A DNA stretch of 64,000 nucleotides, taken from Candidatus Latescibacterota bacterium (GTDB taxonomy: Bacteria > Latescibacterota > UBA2968 > UBA8231). Positions 9,297-20,244 of the stretch are shown here, piece after piece. The notes beneath the pieces were generated by a model. That model did no database searches. It was not told the origin of the DNA and worked only from the letters and a program-made list of their open reading frames with translations. Position 1 is the stretch's first letter. Every line of letters starts with the position of its first letter. The stretch is taken from positions 3,168,001 through 3,232,000 of the forward strand of contig CBDETK010000013.1 of the NCBI GenBank assembly GCA_965242865.1, written 5' to 3'. Made by a program: the position numbers and the translations under genes.

Positions 9297-11420
9297 ATGC
9301 GCGGCTTGCTTGTTGCGATTGGCTTGTTGACCGCTCCGGTTGGAGCCTTGGCCTTAACGTGGGATTTCGACGACGGCACCACGTGGGGCTGGACCGCCCA
9401 AGAGAGTTCTCTCAGTACTGCCGCTGTTGAAATTAGTCTCACCACGGTGTATAGCGAAGTCGAAGACGGCGTTTGGCGCATTGCGCCCGTGCCGGACGCA
9501 CAACGACCAGCCCTTCTATTGCGCTCGCCGCCAATTGGGGAAGACTCCGCCCTCTTTGACCGGGTCACCCTACGGCTCCGCATCGTCCACGATCGCCCCA
9601 CCGAGGGCAATCTCCTGATGTGGTGGTTCAATTCCGAGTACAAACGCTTCATAGACGCTGGCATACCAGACCCCGAGGGATTTTCGATGGGACGGTTCCA
9701 AATCTATCCGACCGAATGGCAAGACATCACGATAGACCTACGCGCCTTAGAATCCGCTGCGGAAGCGAACCCAGAAGCCGAGATCACTTGGCAGGACACC
9801 CTCTTCGACTTCCAGTTAGATTTGGACTTAAACACCGACCCGCAGGGCTTGGCCGACCATCCTGAGTTTTTAGAAGTGGACTGGATTCAACTGACCGGGG
9901 TTGAAGAACGGCTGCTGGGGGAATTGCAACCCCGAAAGATCGCAGTGGAAGTTGGGTTGCCCGGCGCGTTACTCGCATCGCCCGACTTTTTCCCTCTCGG
10001 CGAGGGGGTAGAGATTGAGATGGGACCGCAAACGCTGGGCGATGTAGATGGCGATGGCGATGTGGACTTGGTGGCAGCTTGGAGCCGCTCCACAGGCAAC
10101 GTCGGCCCCGGGCACGGGGGCTGGACGGTGGCGTTCAACAACGGACAGGGGGAATTTGTCTCCACCCGAGAGATACAAGTAGGGCCGGCCACGCGCGCTC
10201 CCCGCATTCAAGGGGGGGATTTTGACGGAGATGGGCTCCTCGATCTGGTCGTTGGGGGGGCTTCCGTTGACCTGTTGCACAATCAGGGCAAGGACAGCTT
10301 TGAAACGGTGCTGCACCTGTTCGATGTCGTTCTCCGTGGCCTCGCCGATGCCGATGGCGATGGCGATGTGGACCTGTTGGTTCATGAGCTTGACGACGAG
10401 TCGCTCCATGTAGTGTTGTGGCGCAACGACGGTGCGGCCGGATTTGTCCGCAGTGCTCGGTTTGTCCTCGACACCGCGGAAAGACTTTTTCCTCGGCTCC
10501 TCGCCGGGCAACCGTTGGGCGAGGCCGTGCGCCTGTTGTGGACCCGCTCCTGCTCCCAGCCTCAAGGGACCTGGCAACTGACCCGGCCATGGGCGACCCG
10601 CGAGGAGCCGCCGCTGTTTTTCGAGGCCACGGTCAACCCCTGTGACTTGCACCTGCTCATTGACCTCAACGGAGCTGGAAGAGTGGAGTTAATCGGAGCT
10701 TCCGAGCGGAATCTGCAATTTGACCCTACTACTATTAACCCCACTCGCCACGGTTTGTCGCTATGGCGGTTGGACGCCTCGGGCGGGGTGGAACGCCACC
10801 CCCTGCTTGGTCCGCAGGTGCTCTTATCGCATCGCGCCATTGCCCACGACCTCAACGGCGATGGCCTGTTGGACTTGGCCTTGGTCGATGGCAACTTGGC
10901 GACCGGGCCGGCGTTAGTGGTGCTAGTCGGCCAGCGCGATGGCTTGCCCGTCGTCGAAGGCCGCTATCCGCTGCCGGGCACGGGCGGTCCCGTCCTCGCC
11001 GGCAATGTAAACGGCGATGGGGCCGCCGATCTGGTCGTTCTCGGACGAAGCGTGGCAGGCGGTCCGGGCGGAGCCTTCGTCTTTCTAAACCAGAGTGCGC
11101 CAGCCACCGCCATCGCCGCCGAGACGCTGACTACGCCCTCAGCCTTTGTCCTCGGTGCGAACTATCCCAACCCGTTCAATCCAGCCACGACCATCCCCTT
11201 GGCACTGCCGGCCGACGCTGGCGAGGTGGCCTTAACCATCTATAACGTCTTGGGGCAGCCGGTGCGCCACGTGTGGGCAGGTTCGTTGGCGGCGGGCGCA
11301 CACCAGCTGGCTTGGGATGGCCGGGACGCGCAGGGGCGGCCCGTCGCTGCGGGGGTCTATTGGTATCGGTTGCAGGTGGGCGATCAGACGCACACCCGCA
11401 AGATGGTCAAAATCGAATAG
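9297..11420 (+). CDS. FG-GAP/FlgD protein, paralog C
   Basis: Start reassigned from 8604 to MRGLL after GGAGG, by paralog alignment. Confidence 0.88.
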   Translation: MRGLLVAIGLLTAPVGALALTWDFDDGTTWGWTAQESSLSTAAVEISLTTVYSEVEDGVWRIAPVPDAQRPALLLRSPPIGEDSALFDRVTLRLRIVHDRPTEGNLLMWWFNSEYKRFIDAGIPDPEGFSMGRFQIYPTEWQDITIDLRALESAAEANPEAEITWQDTLFDFQLDLDLNTDPQGLADHPEFLEVDWIQLTGVEERLLGELQPRKIAVEVGLPGALLASPDFFPLGEGVEIEMGPQTLGDVDGDGDVDLVAAWSRSTGNVGPGHGGWTVAFNNGQGEFVSTREIQVGPATRAPRIQGGDFDGDGLLDLVVGGASVDLLHNQGKDSFETVLHLFDVVLRGLADADGDGDVDLLVHELDDESLHVVLWRNDGAAGFVRSARFVLDTAERLFPRLLAGQPLGEAVRLLWTRSCSQPQGTWQLTRPWATREEPPLFFEATVNPCDLHLLIDLNGAGRVELIGASERNLQFDPTTINPTRHGLSLWRLDASGGVERHPLLGPQVLLSHRAIAHDLNGDGLLDLALVDGNLATGPALVVLVGQRDGLPVVEGRYPLPGTGGPVLAGNVNGDGAADLVVLGRSVAGGPGGAFVFLNQSAPATAIAAETLTTPSAFVLGANYPNPFNPATTIPLALPADAGEVALTIYNVLGQPVRHVWAGSLAAGAHQLAWDGRDAQGRPVAAGVYWYRLQVGDQTHTRKMVKIE

Positions 11421-11442
11421 ACGACCGATTTGGAGGTGCATG

Positions 11443-13560
11443 ATGCGCGGCTTGCTTTTTGCGATTGGCTTGTTGACCGCTCCGGTTGGAGCCTTGGCCT
11501 TAACGTGGGATTTCGACGACGGCACCACGTGGGGCTGGACCGCCCAAGAGAGCGACTTCAGCAGTGGAACTTCAGCCAATGTCACCACAGTGTACAGCGA
11601 AGTCGAAGATGGCGTCTGGCGCATTAAGCCGGTGCCGAGCGGACAACGACCGGCCATTGCGTTGATCTCGCCGCTGATTGGGGAAGACTCGGCCCTGTTC
11701 GACTGGGTCACCCTCCGGCTCCGCATCATCCACCATACCCCGACCGAGGGGCGACTCACCATGGAATGGTTCAATGCCGAATACAAACGGTACAGACGCC
11801 TCAGTCCTGCGTCCCGATTCCTTGAATTGGCGTCTCAGTTTCATACAGGACATCCGCAATTATATCTCACGGAATGGCAAGACATCACCATAGATATACG
11901 GGACTTGGAAGCGGACCCGGAAGCAGAATTCACTTGGCAGGACACCCTTTTCGATTTTCAGATAAACTTGGACTTAAACACCGACCCGCAGGGCATGGCC
12001 GACTATCCTGAGTTTTTAGAAGTGGATTGGATTCAACTGACCGGGGCGGAAGAATTGCTGTTGGGGGAATTGCCGCCCCGGGCGGTCGTCGTGGAGGCGG
12101 GATTGCCCGGCACTCTGTTCGCGGCACCCGACTTTTTTTCGCTCGGCGAGGTCTCTGGGAGGCCAGCCAGATGGGCAGGATCATCCGGCGCGCTGGGCGA
12201 TGTGGATGGCGATGGCGATGTGGATTTAGTGGCGGTTTGGGATCGACTCACGGACGCCGACTTTCAAGTTGGCTGGCTAATAGCGTCCAACGATGGGTTG
12301 GGCGGCTTTGAGACCATCCAAGAGCAAGAGGCCACCGGTCAGTCCATCAATCTCCAAGGGAGCGACTTCGACGGGGATGGCCTCCTCGACTTGGTCCTTG
12401 ATGGAGGCTCGACCCTCGAACTGTGGCACAACCGGGGCGAGGATGGGTTTGAGACCACGCTGCGGCTATCCGGCGTCTGGTTTCTTGGCCTAGCGGATGG
12501 CGATGGCGATGGCGATATGGATGTGTTGGGTGCGGAACTGGACGACCAGACACCCCACGCGATGGTATGGCTCAACGATGGCCCCGACGGATTTGTCCGC
12601 AGCGATCGGTTCGATCTCGACAGCGAAGAGGAGCTCTTTGCGTACCTTCCCGCCGGGCAACCGTTCGGCGAGGCCGCGCACCTGTTGTGGAACCGCCCCT
12701 GCTACCTGCCTCAAGGGCCGTGGCAACGGACCCGGCCGTGGGCGACCAGCGAGGAGCCGCCGCTGTTTTTCGAAGCCGAGGTCAGCCCCTGTAATCTGCA
12801 CCTGCTCGCCGATGTGGATGGCGACGGGGAGGTGGATTTACTCAGCTCCCCTGATACAAGAGAGTTTTTCATCACCGCCACCACCTATCACGGTTTGGAC
12901 TTGTGGCGGTTGGACGCTTCGGGTGGGGTGTCCCGCCATCCCCTGCTCGGCTCGCAGGTACAGGTGTCGCATCGCGCCATTGCTCACGACCTCAACGGCG
13001 ATGGCCTGCTGGACTTGGCCGTGGTTGATGGCAATTTAGCTACCGGACCGGCGCTGGTGGTGCTGGTCGGCCAGCGCGATGGCCTGCCCGTCGTCGAAGG
13101 CCACTACCGGCTGCCGGGCACGGGCGGCCAAGTGCTCCCCGGCGATGTAAACGGCGATGGGGCTGTCGATCTGGTGGTGCTGGGACGGAATATGGCAGGC
13201 GGTCCGGGCGGAGCCTTCGTCTTTCTAAACCAGCATACGCCAGCCACCGCCATCGCCGCCGAGACCGCGATCATGCCCTCAGCCTTTGCCCTCGGTGCGA
13301 ACTATCCCAACCCGTTCAATCCAGCCACGACCATCCCCTTGGTGCTCCCCGTTGACGCCAGCGAGGTGGCCTTAACCATCTACAATGTCTTGGGGCAGCC
13401 CGTGCGCCGAGTATGGAACGGTTCGTTGGCCGCCGGCGCACACCGGCTAGCTTGGGATGGCCGGGACGCCGCGGGCAAGCCGGTCGCCGCCGGCGTCTAT
13501 TGGTATCGGTTGCAGGTGGACGATCAGACGCGCACCCGCAAGATGGTCAAAATCGAATAG
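11443..13560 (+). CDS. FG-GAP/FlgD protein, paralog D
   Basis: Start reassigned to MRGLL after GGAGG. Confidence 0.88.
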   Translation: MRGLLFAIGLLTAPVGALALTWDFDDGTTWGWTAQESDFSSGTSANVTTVYSEVEDGVWRIKPVPSGQRPAIALISPLIGEDSALFDWVTLRLRIIHHTPTEGRLTMEWFNAEYKRYRRLSPASRFLELASQFHTGHPQLYLTEWQDITIDIRDLEADPEAEFTWQDTLFDFQINLDLNTDPQGMADYPEFLEVDWIQLTGAEELLLGELPPRAVVVEAGLPGTLFAAPDFFSLGEVSGRPARWAGSSGALGDVDGDGDVDLVAVWDRLTDADFQVGWLIASNDGLGGFETIQEQEATGQSINLQGSDFDGDGLLDLVLDGGSTLELWHNRGEDGFETTLRLSGVWFLGLADGDGDGDMDVLGAELDDQTPHAMVWLNDGPDGFVRSDRFDLDSEEELFAYLPAGQPFGEAAHLLWNRPCYLPQGPWQRTRPWATSEEPPLFFEAEVSPCNLHLLADVDGDGEVDLLSSPDTREFFITATTYHGLDLWRLDASGGVSRHPLLGSQVQVSHRAIAHDLNGDGLLDLAVVDGNLATGPALVVLVGQRDGLPVVEGHYRLPGTGGQVLPGDVNGDGAVDLVVLGRNMAGGPGGAFVFLNQHTPATAIAAETAIMPSAFALGANYPNPFNPATTIPLVLPVDASEVALTIYNVLGQPVRRVWNGSLAAGAHRLAWDGRDAAGKPVAAGVYWYRLQVDDQTRTRKMVKIE

Positions 13561-13642
13561 ACGACCGATTTGACTGCGCGATCTACAGACCTTGTTGGAC
13601 CATCACCCGACATGGGCAAAACCGAACGGAGCGCAAATCATA

Positions 13643-14250
13643 ATGAGTCGCTTAAAAATAGAAGAGGGAAAGGTCCTCAAAGCACTGGCCCAAGCTGAGG
13701 TAAATGAGGATAAACAAGGAATGACAGCGGCCCATCTTCAATTAGGCCATCTACACAAGAGAGCCGGCCAACTTGAACGGGCAGAAGCCGCCTATCAGCG
13801 TGCCCGCGTCTTGGCCGAAAAGTCGGTGCTGCCCTAGAGGCCGATGCCTATAGCGGCTGGGGTCTGTTGTGTGAGGTGCAGGGCAACTTGGGGCGGGCGT
13901 GGGAACTGCTCATGTCATCTTATGAGATAAACAGGGCAGGCGAGGACCGAGCGCGCTTGGCGGACAATTACAGCAATCTGGGTTTTCTGGCGCAAATGCA
14001 GGGCGATTTTGCCGATGCCGAGCGCCTGTACGGCTATGCCTTGCACCTGCGCGAAGAACTGGCAGACAAGGCTGGACGGGCCGTGGGGGACAAATCTATC
14101 TCCAGACGGAGCGGCTCGACGAGGCCGAATCCATGTATCGGAAAGCCCTATCCGTACAGGAGCGGTTGGGACATAAGCGCAACCAAGCCAGCGCGGCCGG
14201 CCATCTGAGCATGATATATCAGCAGCACCAAGCGCACGAAAGCGCGAAAG
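13643..14250 (+). pseudogene. Fragmented tetratricopeptide-repeat gene
   Basis: TPR-like helices (LGHLH..AGQLERAEAAYQRA; YSNLGFLAQMQGDFADAERLY; MYRKALSVQERLG) spread over several frames. Confidence 0.7.
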
Positions 14251-14273
14251 AGATGGCGCAGAAAGGTTGCTAT

Positions 14274-16160
14274 ATGGTGGCTTCAGCGGTGAAACATGCC
14301 CTCCGATCCAGTGGATTGGTCGCGTATGTGGCTCTGTCGTTGCTGCATCCTTCGCATCTTAGAGCCTTCACTTGGGACTTTGCTCAAGAAGGCGATGCCC
14401 AAGGTTGGGTGGCTTGGGAAAGCGGGGCTTCGGGCGCGGTAATTAGAGTACCGCTGCATTCGGAAACAGCCGGCGGAGTATGGCGCGTTGCGCCCCGGGA
14501 CTTTGTGCCCGGTATCAGGCCGATAATCGAATTGATCTCCCCGCCGATTGGCCGCGATTCGGCCCTGTTCAACCGAGTGCGCGTCCGCCTGCGCGTACTG
14601 CATACACAGCCGCTCGAAAGTCAGATTACGCTCCTGTGGAAGAATCCCGCGAACAAGGATCACCTAGGATTCTTTATCAACGCGCCGCCGAGAACGGGGA
14701 TTGATCATACTACCTTGCTCAAGGGCCAACGCCATACCTACACTGTGGACTGGCAGGAGGTGACGATCGATAGTGTAGCATCCAAGACTTATGTACGAGA
14801 GGACAAGGTCTATCGGCGTCTATGGGAGGGTGAATTGCTCGAAATACGCCTTCGCCTGCCCTTGTTCAACTACTCAAAGGACGTGGAGGGACCGGGGGAG
14901 ATCCCCGAGGCGGTAGAAATCGATTGGATCGAGTTGACCCATGCGGAAAGGCCAGATTCAGAGGGCGCGCCGCCGAGGGGGGAAGAGCCGTACCCTGTCG
15001 GGACGCTCTTTGCTCTACCGATCTTTTATCCTTTAGACCAGCATGGATTGGACGTAGGGCAGCGCGGCCAGCCCGTAGCCGAATTGGGGGATCTGGATGG
15101 CGATGGCGACATGGACGTGGCGGCAGTATGGAAAGACTGGCAGCCCAGCACGAACTCCGACAGGGCCGGTTGGCTGTGCGCGTTCAATGAAGATGGTCGC
15201 TTTTCCCCCAAGGTCCGCATGGAACCATTCCCCACAATCGCTCCCATACCTAGGCTGGCCGGTGCTGATTTGCTCGGCGATGAGCGCATGGAACTCATCG
15301 TAGGCTCTGGTCGTTCACTCGACCTATTGGAGCATTCATCAGCTATCTGGTCGGTAGCGCGACATGTGGATGGGGCGATTCCCTTGGGTACAGGCGATGT
15401 CGATGGAGACGGAGACGAGGATATATGGCTGGCCGAGTTCTACTCCAAGCTCTCGGAGCGTGCCGTCATTTTGCTCAATGATGGGGAGGGGCGGTTCGAC
15501 AAACGAATGACTCTGGCCCCCGAATTGGCCGAGTTCGCTTGGTCGCCCATGCGGCTGATCGATCATATCCCGGGTGGCCGCAAGACGGGATTGCTTTGGG
15601 GCGGCCCCGATGTGGGCACTCCATACGACTATATGGCGACCTATCTGGACGATAATGGAGAAACCGTCCAAGAGTACCTCCGAGTGGATGCCGCGGCGGA
15701 TTTGATCTGTTACGCGGGCGATTTTGATCGGGATGGAGATACAGATATGGTCGCGGGTAGAGCGGTCACCTCTACGACGATAGGCTCTGTGCCCACAGTG
15801 CTCACCGGGCTAGACCTTTTGATCAATCGAGGCGATGGCGTCTTGGACAAGGTTGCATGGTATGAGAGGGGGCATGTACAACAGGATGTGGTGTTTTCCG
15901 ACCTCAATGAAGATGGTATCTTGGACGCAGTGTTTGTCGATCGCGATTTCCGCCAGCCGGCACTCGTCGTCAACATGGGAAGAAGGAACGGTGTGCCCCT
16001 GCGGGAAGGCCACTATCCGCTGCAAGGGTTGGGTGGAACAGTCGTGGATGGCGACATGGATGGCGACGGCGACCTAGACTTGGTCGTGCTGGAAAATGCC
16101 GTGCGCGGGGGGGGCAGTGGCATATACATCCTGTCCAACCAGACAAAAACAGACGACTGA
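14274..16160 (+). CDS. Divergent FG-GAP protein without FlgD tail, paralog K
   Basis: LRA|FTWDF...GW, SPPIGRDSALF..VRVRLR, VEIDWIEL, GDLDGDGDMD repeats; ends at LSNQ where the other paralogs continue into the tail. Confidence 0.8.
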   Translation: MVASAVKHALRSSGLVAYVALSLLHPSHLRAFTWDFAQEGDAQGWVAWESGASGAVIRVPLHSETAGGVWRVAPRDFVPGIRPIIELISPPIGRDSALFNRVRVRLRVLHTQPLESQITLLWKNPANKDHLGFFINAPPRTGIDHTTLLKGQRHTYTVDWQEVTIDSVASKTYVREDKVYRRLWEGELLEIRLRLPLFNYSKDVEGPGEIPEAVEIDWIELTHAERPDSEGAPPRGEEPYPVGTLFALPIFYPLDQHGLDVGQRGQPVAELGDLDGDGDMDVAAVWKDWQPSTNSDRAGWLCAFNEDGRFSPKVRMEPFPTIAPIPRLAGADLLGDERMELIVGSGRSLDLLEHSSAIWSVARHVDGAIPLGTGDVDGDGDEDIWLAEFYSKLSERAVILLNDGEGRFDKRMTLAPELAEFAWSPMRLIDHIPGGRKTGLLWGGPDVGTPYDYMATYLDDNGETVQEYLRVDAAADLICYAGDFDRDGDTDMVAGRAVTSTTIGSVPTVLTGLDLLINRGDGVLDKVAWYERGHVQQDVVFSDLNEDGILDAVFVDRDFRQPALVVNMGRRNGVPLREGHYPLQGLGGTVVDGDMDGDGDLDLVVLENAVRGGGSGIYILSNQTKTDD

Positions 16161-16241
16161 ATGGGTAGCCCTGCCAAAAAGAAAGGGGCATAAGATGATG
16201 AGTTGTGCCGTGGTACATAACTGAGGAGGGGACTGCGAGGC

Positions 16242-17137
16242 ATGGAAATCATTCCGTTAATTCCCGAACGCGACGTAGCGATACAGTGCGCACATGCCGC
16301 ACAAGATCGCGATATACGCACCCAAGGGAAGGCTTGTCTCCTTTCCACACAGCGTTGGGGAATAGGGCTTATTGGGCTGAAGAATGCGGCAACTTGGGGC
16401 AGTTGGCACTCCAGCAAAACAAACCGGACGAGGCTGAGGCTCACTTCCAACAGGGCTTGAAGGTTTGCACAAAACTCGGCGATCTGTCGGGCATTTCCGG
16501 CCACTATCAGGGCTTGGGGCTGGTCTATCTCGGACAGCAGCGTTTGGCCGAAGCCGAAACCGTCCTCAAAAAAGGCGTTGAGATCGAGGAGCGACTCCAG
16601 CACGACGAGGGGTTGGCTCATCATTACAGCGTTCTGGGGGCCGTATATAGCCAAGCGGGTCGATTTGATGAGGCGGCAGCAATGTACCGTCGGACGCTGG
16701 CGACCCAACAAAAATTAGGCAATAAACAGTTTGAGGCTCGCACCTTGGGCGGTCTGGGACAGGTGCTACGGGAGAAAGGCGACCTGCGAGAAGCCACGGC
16801 GTTCTTTCAACAGGCGAGGGCACTGTTTGACGCGATTGGAGACAACAGAGGCCAAGCGGTACAAGCGGCTATTTTGGGCGATATTTATATGGACGTTGAA
16901 AACTTTAATGCGGCTGAGGAGGCATATCGGCAGGCGTTGCAACTGTTCACGGAAGTATCAGACTTAGAGGCTGTAGCCGCCGTTAAAGTCAGCTTGGGGA
17001 GGGCCTATGCGTCGAATCAGGCCCCTTTTGATGCCTTACTTCAGTGGCGGCAAGCACTAGAACTATACCGCGAACTCCAACGCGGCGACAAGGTTGAGTT
17101 CGTAGAAGAACTGCTGAGGACGAGCGGCCGAATGTGA
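16242..17137 (+). CDS. TPR protein, probably frameshifted or internally deleted near the 5' end
   Basis: About 6 TPR units in frame 16205..17137; the RBS-preceded ATG at 16242 is in another frame. Confidence 0.65.
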
Positions 17138-17152
17138 AGCGGCTAATCTGTA

Positions 17153-17217
17153 AAAAGTCGTGCAAAAGTCGTGCAAAAGTCGTGCAATCCGAACAACTTT
17201 TGCACGACTTTTGCACG
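17153..17217. promoter_or_regulatory. 11-bp tandem/inverted repeat array, putative activator site, copy 2
   Basis: AAAAGTCGTGC x3 followed by inverted TTTTGCACGACTTTTGCACG. Confidence 0.6.
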
Positions 17218-17299
17218 GAAAATCGCCGATCAACTGGCACCGACGCCTTACGCTGGCCTCGTAGAAAATTATTTTTAGCTATCCAACACCTTGTTTTTC

Positions 17300-17330
17300 A
17301 ATCCTTTAGGATTACCTAAAGGATTTTTTT
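17300..17330 (+). terminator. Hairpin plus T-tract, copy 2
   Basis: AATCCTTTAGG-ATTA-CCTAAAGGATT-TTTTT. Confidence 0.55.
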
Positions 17331-17348
17331 GTGCCGGACCGGCCTCGT

Positions 17349-17364
17349 TGGCACGAAACTTGCA
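17349..17364 (+). promoter_or_regulatory. Sigma-54 -24/-12 promoter, copy 2
   Basis: TGGCACGAAACTTGCA. Confidence 0.88.
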
Positions 17365-17495
17365 ATAGTCATTACAAGACAAGCGAAGCTCATCTACCAG
17401 AAAGGAGGTGCATTCCGTGCTCGTAGGTATGATGCTCGTCAGCAACCGCACTGGTTTGCTGATCCTTTTTCCTATCACTCAAGGAGAGTTGAGTT

Positions 17496-17825
17496 ATGAA
17501 CTTTTTGACTTTGATCTTGCAGTCGGCGCTGATGGCTCCGCTGGTGGAGTTCGCCACGTCGACGAGCGGCCACGTTGAGCCGCGCGAGGGCTTGGCACTG
17601 GGCTGGCTGGGCAGCGTGGTGGCGGGGCTGGCGGTGGTATTCGGCACGGCCGAACGGACCCAGGCCGATTCCTGCTACGGAATCTCCGAGGGAAGCACGG
17701 GCTCTTACACAACGGGTCGTCCGTGCGAGTGGAGAGACCATAAACCCTCGGCTTATTGGAGGGAATATTATTACCACGAACCTCGTGATCAGGGCTGTAC
17801 CTATCTGTATGCTGTATGCGTATAG
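17496..17825 (+). CDS. Cys-rich secreted peptide 2 (4-Cys core)
   Basis: Leader nearly identical to that at 4511; core DSCYGISEGSTGS...PCEW...YYYH...GCTYLYAVCV. Confidence 0.8.
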   Translation: MNFLTLILQSALMAPLVEFATSTSGHVEPREGLALGWLGSVVAGLAVVFGTAERTQADSCYGISEGSTGSYTTGRPCEWRDHKPSAYWREYYYHEPRDQGCTYLYAVCV

Positions 17826-17933
17826 CCCGGCCGCTCAGTGCTCCGTCGCTGGATTCCCGGCTGTATCTATCAGCGTTTTACATGCGGCTAGGTGAGGTCC
17901 TGTGACGTTGCCCGGCCGTTGCAGAAACGACGC

Positions 17934-17970
17934 GCCCCTGTGGTACTTTCGGGCCGAGTACCACAGGGGC
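17934..17970 (+). other. Stem-loop after peptide 2
   Basis: GCCCCTGTGGTACT...AGTACCACAGGGGC. Confidence 0.65.
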
Positions 17971-18020
17971 AGGCGGCCAGAACACCCTAAAACACATCTA
18001 TCACGCTCTGGAGGTTCGTT

Positions 18021-20144
18021 ATGCACGGCTTGCTGGTTGCGATTGGATTGGTGGTGGTTCCGCTTAAAGCCTTTGCTTTAACGTGGGATTTTGACGACGG
18101 CACGACTTGGGGATGGACCGCCCAAGAGAGTGCCTACGGCTCTGACTATGGCACCACCACGGTGTTCAGCGAAGTCGAAGATGGCGTCTGGCGCATTGCG
18201 CCGGTGCCGCACGGGAAAAGACCAGCCATTCGCTTGCTCTCGCCGCTGATTGGGGAAGACTCTGACCTGTTCGACTGGGTCACCTTACGGCTACGCATCA
18301 TCCACAATTACCCCACCGAGGGGGTCCTTGAAATGTCGTGGTCTAATGTCGAGTACAGACGCCTCAAGGAGGAAGACTCCATCATAGGGTTGGGGTTTTT
18401 TATGAGCCGGCCTCAAGTTTATTCCACCGAATGGGAAAACATCACCATAGATATACGGGGCTTGGAAGCGGCCCCAGCAGAAGAGATCAATTGGGAGATC
18501 ATTTGGCAGGACACCCTCTTCCACTTTTTCCTAGACCTAGACTTATTGCAACTACACGACATACAAGAATCCAGCTTAAGCCCGGCCGATCGTCCGACCT
18601 TTGTCGAAGTTGATTGGATTCAACTGACGGGGGCCGAAGAGTTGCTGCTGGGGGAATTGCAGCCCCGGGAGGTCGCCGTGGAGGCCGGGTTGCTTGGGAC
18701 GTTGTTCGCGGAACCGCGTTTTTCGGTGCTGGGCCAAAATATCGGTAGCCCAACATCGCACGGTACTTTGGGCGATGTGGACGGCGATGGGGATGCCGAT
18801 CTAGTCGTGAAATGGGATACAATGGAGAGCACGGGCTGGACTATAGCGACCAGCGATGGCTTGGGGGGCTTGGTTTCCACCCCAGAGGTCCGCCTCCCAA
18901 CCGGGCATCCGACAATTGCGGGGGGCGATTTTGACGGGGATGGTCTTCTCGATCTGGCCTTTAGCGACGGTCGAACCATCGAATTGTGGCTCAACCGGGG
19001 CGAAGATGGATTTGAAACCATCCTACAGCTACCCGACAGTCACCTCATCGGTCTAGCCGATGGCGATGGCGATGGCGATGTGGACCTGTTGGTATTAGAG
19101 GAGTACGACGACCTATGGTCTAACGTGACTATGTGGATCAACGACAGCGCGGGTGGGTTTGTCCACAGCAATCGGTTCGTCCTCGACACCGAAGAAGAGC
19201 TCGATCCTTCCCTGCTGGCAGGGCAACCGGTGGGCGAGGCCGTGCGCCTGTTGTGGAACCGGCCCTGCTGGAAGCCGGTGGGGCCTTGGCGGCTGACCCA
19301 GCCATGGGCGGCGAACGAGGAGCCACCGCTGTTTTTTGAGACCGGCGAGGTCAAATCCTGCGACATGTACCTGCTGGCCGATCTGGATGGGGATGGAGCG
19401 GTGGAGTTGGTTGGAACGCCTGAGCGGAACCTGGCCCTAGGCTTTTCTAACGGCAACACCCATCACGGTTTGGCCCTGTGGCACGTGGACATCGCGGGCG
19501 GGTTGGAACGCCATATCCTGCTCGGTCCGCAGGTGATCGTGCCGTATTCGTGGCCTAGGAGTGGGGTCATTGCCAGCGACCTGACCGGCGATGGCCTGCT
19601 GGACATAGCCGTGATCAATATCAACCTAGCGGGTCCGGCACTGATCGTCTTGGTCGGCCAGCGCGATGGCCTGCCCGTCGTCGAAGGACACTATCCCCTG
19701 CCCAGCATCGGCCGCAGCCTAGTCGCGGGCGATGTCAACGGCGATGGGGCGGCCGATCTGGTCGTGCTGGGACGGAGTCAGCGCGGCGAGGGCGGAGCCT
19801 CCGTCTTCCTCAACCAAGGCGTTCCCGCCACCGCCATCGCCGCCGAGACAACGACTACCCCCTCAGCCTTTGTCCTTGGTGCCAACTATCCCAACCCGTT
19901 CAACCCGGCCACGACTATTCCCGTGTCGGTGTCGGCGGGTGCGGGCGAGGTAGATTTAACCATCTACAATGTCTTGGGGCAGCCGGTGCGCCGCGTGTGG
20001 AACGGTTCGTTGGCCGCCGGCGCCCACCGGCTGGCTTGGGATGGCCGGGACGCGCAAGGACAGCCGGTCGCCGCGGGCGTCTATTGGTATCGGTTGCAGG
20101 TGGACGACCAGACGCACACCCGCAAAATGGTCAAACTTGAATAG
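18021..20144 (+). CDS. FG-GAP/FlgD protein, paralog E
   Basis: Same architecture; closest to paralog F. Confidence 0.88.
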   Translation: MHGLLVAIGLVVVPLKAFALTWDFDDGTTWGWTAQESAYGSDYGTTTVFSEVEDGVWRIAPVPHGKRPAIRLLSPLIGEDSDLFDWVTLRLRIIHNYPTEGVLEMSWSNVEYRRLKEEDSIIGLGFFMSRPQVYSTEWENITIDIRGLEAAPAEEINWEIIWQDTLFHFFLDLDLLQLHDIQESSLSPADRPTFVEVDWIQLTGAEELLLGELQPREVAVEAGLLGTLFAEPRFSVLGQNIGSPTSHGTLGDVDGDGDADLVVKWDTMESTGWTIATSDGLGGLVSTPEVRLPTGHPTIAGGDFDGDGLLDLAFSDGRTIELWLNRGEDGFETILQLPDSHLIGLADGDGDGDVDLLVLEEYDDLWSNVTMWINDSAGGFVHSNRFVLDTEEELDPSLLAGQPVGEAVRLLWNRPCWKPVGPWRLTQPWAANEEPPLFFETGEVKSCDMYLLADLDGDGAVELVGTPERNLALGFSNGNTHHGLALWHVDIAGGLERHILLGPQVIVPYSWPRSGVIASDLTGDGLLDIAVININLAGPALIVLVGQRDGLPVVEGHYPLPSIGRSLVAGDVNGDGAADLVVLGRSQRGEGGASVFLNQGVPATAIAAETTTTPSAFVLGANYPNPFNPATTIPVSVSAGAGEVDLTIYNVLGQPVRRVWNGSLAAGAHRLAWDGRDAQGQPVAAGVYWYRLQVDDQTHTRKMVKLE

Positions 20145-20244
20145 GGAGCGGACGTGCTGGAGACGTTGCGCCAACCCATAGCGGCTGACTGGCAGCGTTC
20201 CATGGACTGGTTAGGCCCTGTCGAGAAGCGAAGGACATAAGACG

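Noticed and set aside
16107-16114. G8 tract (G9 in the scar copy at 35742) as a phase-variation switch
   Set aside because: It lies about 15 codons from the stop, so slippage would change little; the longer copy is in non-coding debris.
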